Part shown: positions 62,651-64,000 of the stretch, one piece after another | Layout of the letters: each line of letters begins with the position of its first letter | Position numbering within the stretch: the stretch's first letter is position 1 | NCBI RefSeq assembly: GCF_963921235.1 | Contig: NC_086097.1 | Span: forward strand, 166,100,001 to 166,164,000 | Reading direction: 5' to 3' | DNA length: 64,000 nucleotides | From: Mobula hypostoma | Lineage: Eukaryota | Notes under the pieces: generated by a model | The model's database searches: none | Told to the model about the DNA's origin: nothing | What the model saw: the letters and a program-made list of their open reading frames with translations, nothing else | Position numbers and translations under genes: made by a program

Positions 62651-63504
62651 ACTGATCTCCCTCCTGGCACTTATCCGTGTAAGCGGAACAAGTGCTACAC
62701 ATGCCCTTACACTTCCTCCCTTACCACCATTCAGGGCCCCAAACAGTCCTTCCAGGTGAGGCAACACTTCACCTGTGAATTGGCTGGGGTGATATACTGC
62801 GTCCAGTGCTCCCGATGTGGCCTTTTATATATTGGCGAGACCCGACGCAGACTGGGAGACCGCTTTGCTGAACACCTATGCTCTGTCCGCCAGAGAAAGC
62901 AGGATCTCCCAGTGGCCACACATTTTAATTCCACATCCCATTCCCATTCTGACATGTCTATCCATGGCCTCCTCTGCTGTAAAGATAAAGCCATACTCAG
63001 GTTGGAGGAACAACACCTTATATTCCGTCTGGGTAGCCTCCAACCTGATGGCATGAACATCGACTTCTCTAACTTCCGCTAATGCCCCACCTCCCCCTCG
63101 TACCCCATCTGTTACTTATTTTTATACATTCTTTCTCTCACTCTCCTTTTTCTCCCTCTGTCCCTCTGAATATACCCCTTGCCCAACCTCTGGGTCCCCC
63201 CCACCTTGTCTTTCTTCCCGGACCTCCTGTCCCATGATCCTCTCGTATCCCTTTTGCCTATCACCTGTCCAGCTCTTGGCTCCATCCCTCCCCCTCCTGT
63301 CTTCTCCTATCATTTTGGATCTCCCCCTCCTCCTCCAACTTTCAAATCCCTTACTCATTCTTCCTTCAGTTAGTCCTGACGAAGGGTCTTGGCCTGAAAC
63401 GTCGACTGCACCTCTTCCTAGAGATGCTGCCTGGCCTGCTGCGTTCACCAGCAACTTTTATGTGTGTTGCTTGAATTTCCAGCATCTGCAGAATTCCTGT
63501 TGTT
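62651..63504 (+). mobile_element. Penelope-like element 3' fragment (GIY-YIG plus pLTR) nested in CR1 RT
   Basis: Open frame DLPPGTYPCKRNKCYTC...GVIYCVQCSRCGLLYIGETRRRLGDRFAEH...QPDGMNIDFSNFR* (to 63082). TSD TGCTCTACC at 62642-62650 and 63505-63513. Confidence 0.93.
63372..63407 (+). ncRNA. Minimal type I hammerhead ribozyme, intact core
   Basis: AGTC-CTGACGA-AGGGTCTTGGCCT-GAAAC-GTC-GACT. Confidence 0.78.
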
Positions 63505-64000
63505 TGCTCTACCTTCATCAATGTGTTTTATTACATCTTCAAAGAATTCAATCAGGCTTGTAAGGCATGACCTGCCCTTGACAAAGCCATGCTGACTATG
63601 CCTAATCAGATTATGTCTCTCCAAATGTTCATAAATCCTGCTTCTCAGGATCTTCTCCAACAACTTGCCCACCACTGAAGTCAGATTCACTGGTCTATAA
63701 TCTCCTGGGTTATCTCTACTCCCTTTCTTGAGCATGGGAACAACATTTGGAACCTTCCAATCCTCCGGTAATTCTCCTGCCCCTATTGATGATGCAAAGA
63801 TCATCGCCAGAGGCTCAGAAATCTTCTCCCTCACTTCGCACAGTAGCTTGGGATATACCTCATCTGGTCCCGATGTCTTATCTAACTTAATGTTTTTCAA
63901 AAGCTCCAGCACATCCTCTTTCTTAATGTGTATATGCTCAAGTGTTTCAGTCCACTATAAATCATCCCCGCAAAGGTCAAGGTCATTTTCCCTGGTGAAT

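Larger units (their letters stand above)
61605..64000 (-). mobile_element. CR1 LINE (same family as 30536 and 38212), interrupted by a Penelope insertion; continues off the right edge
   Basis: ORF2 fragments 61594-62298 and 63445-63912 (DYRPVNLTSV, QHGFVKGRSCLT). Confidence 0.93.

Noticed and set aside
62504..63082. 192-aa ORF as a novel GIY-YIG nuclease gene
   Set aside because: Chimera: the first ~49 codons are antisense CR1 sequence and the rest is a 5'-truncated Penelope fragment bounded by a TSD.
1..64000. CRISPR array, prokaryotic defence system or retron suggested by RT and nuclease ORFs
   Set aside because: No regularly spaced repeats, operons or intact genes. All RT and nuclease fragments belong to eukaryotic retroelements.

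Overview
This is eukaryotic, repeat-rich genomic DNA with no prokaryotic operons, rRNA, tRNA genes or CRISPR arrays. The repeat inventory (CR1/HER1-type LINEs, V-SINE/HE1-like and DeuSINE-like SINEs, Rex1/Babar, RTE, Penelope-like elements, Gypsy LTR elements, hAT and Tc1 remnants) points to a cartilaginous fish, probably a ray (inference). It reads as intergenic DNA or a very long intron. Nearly all listed ORFs are decayed transposon fragments or their antisense shadows. The main elements are: a Gypsy 3' half with LTR (1-3782) and a related solo LTR (58079-58658); a near full-length CR1 with an esterase ORF1 (30536-34460); three more copies of that CR1 family; two Rex1/Babar copies; an integrase-less Gypsy provirus with both LTRs (53812-57528); and several Penelope-like (GIY-YIG) elements. 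The most interesting signal is a family of minimal type I hammerhead ribozyme motifs inside the Penelope pseudo-LTRs. These include ~200 bp self-complementary mini-insertions flanked by their own target-site duplications. No host gene can be identified with confidence. A few weak exon and microexon candidates and one TE-free, Hox-motif-rich island are noted. Family assignments come from recalled motifs, not database searches, and boundaries are approximate unless a TSD is quoted.
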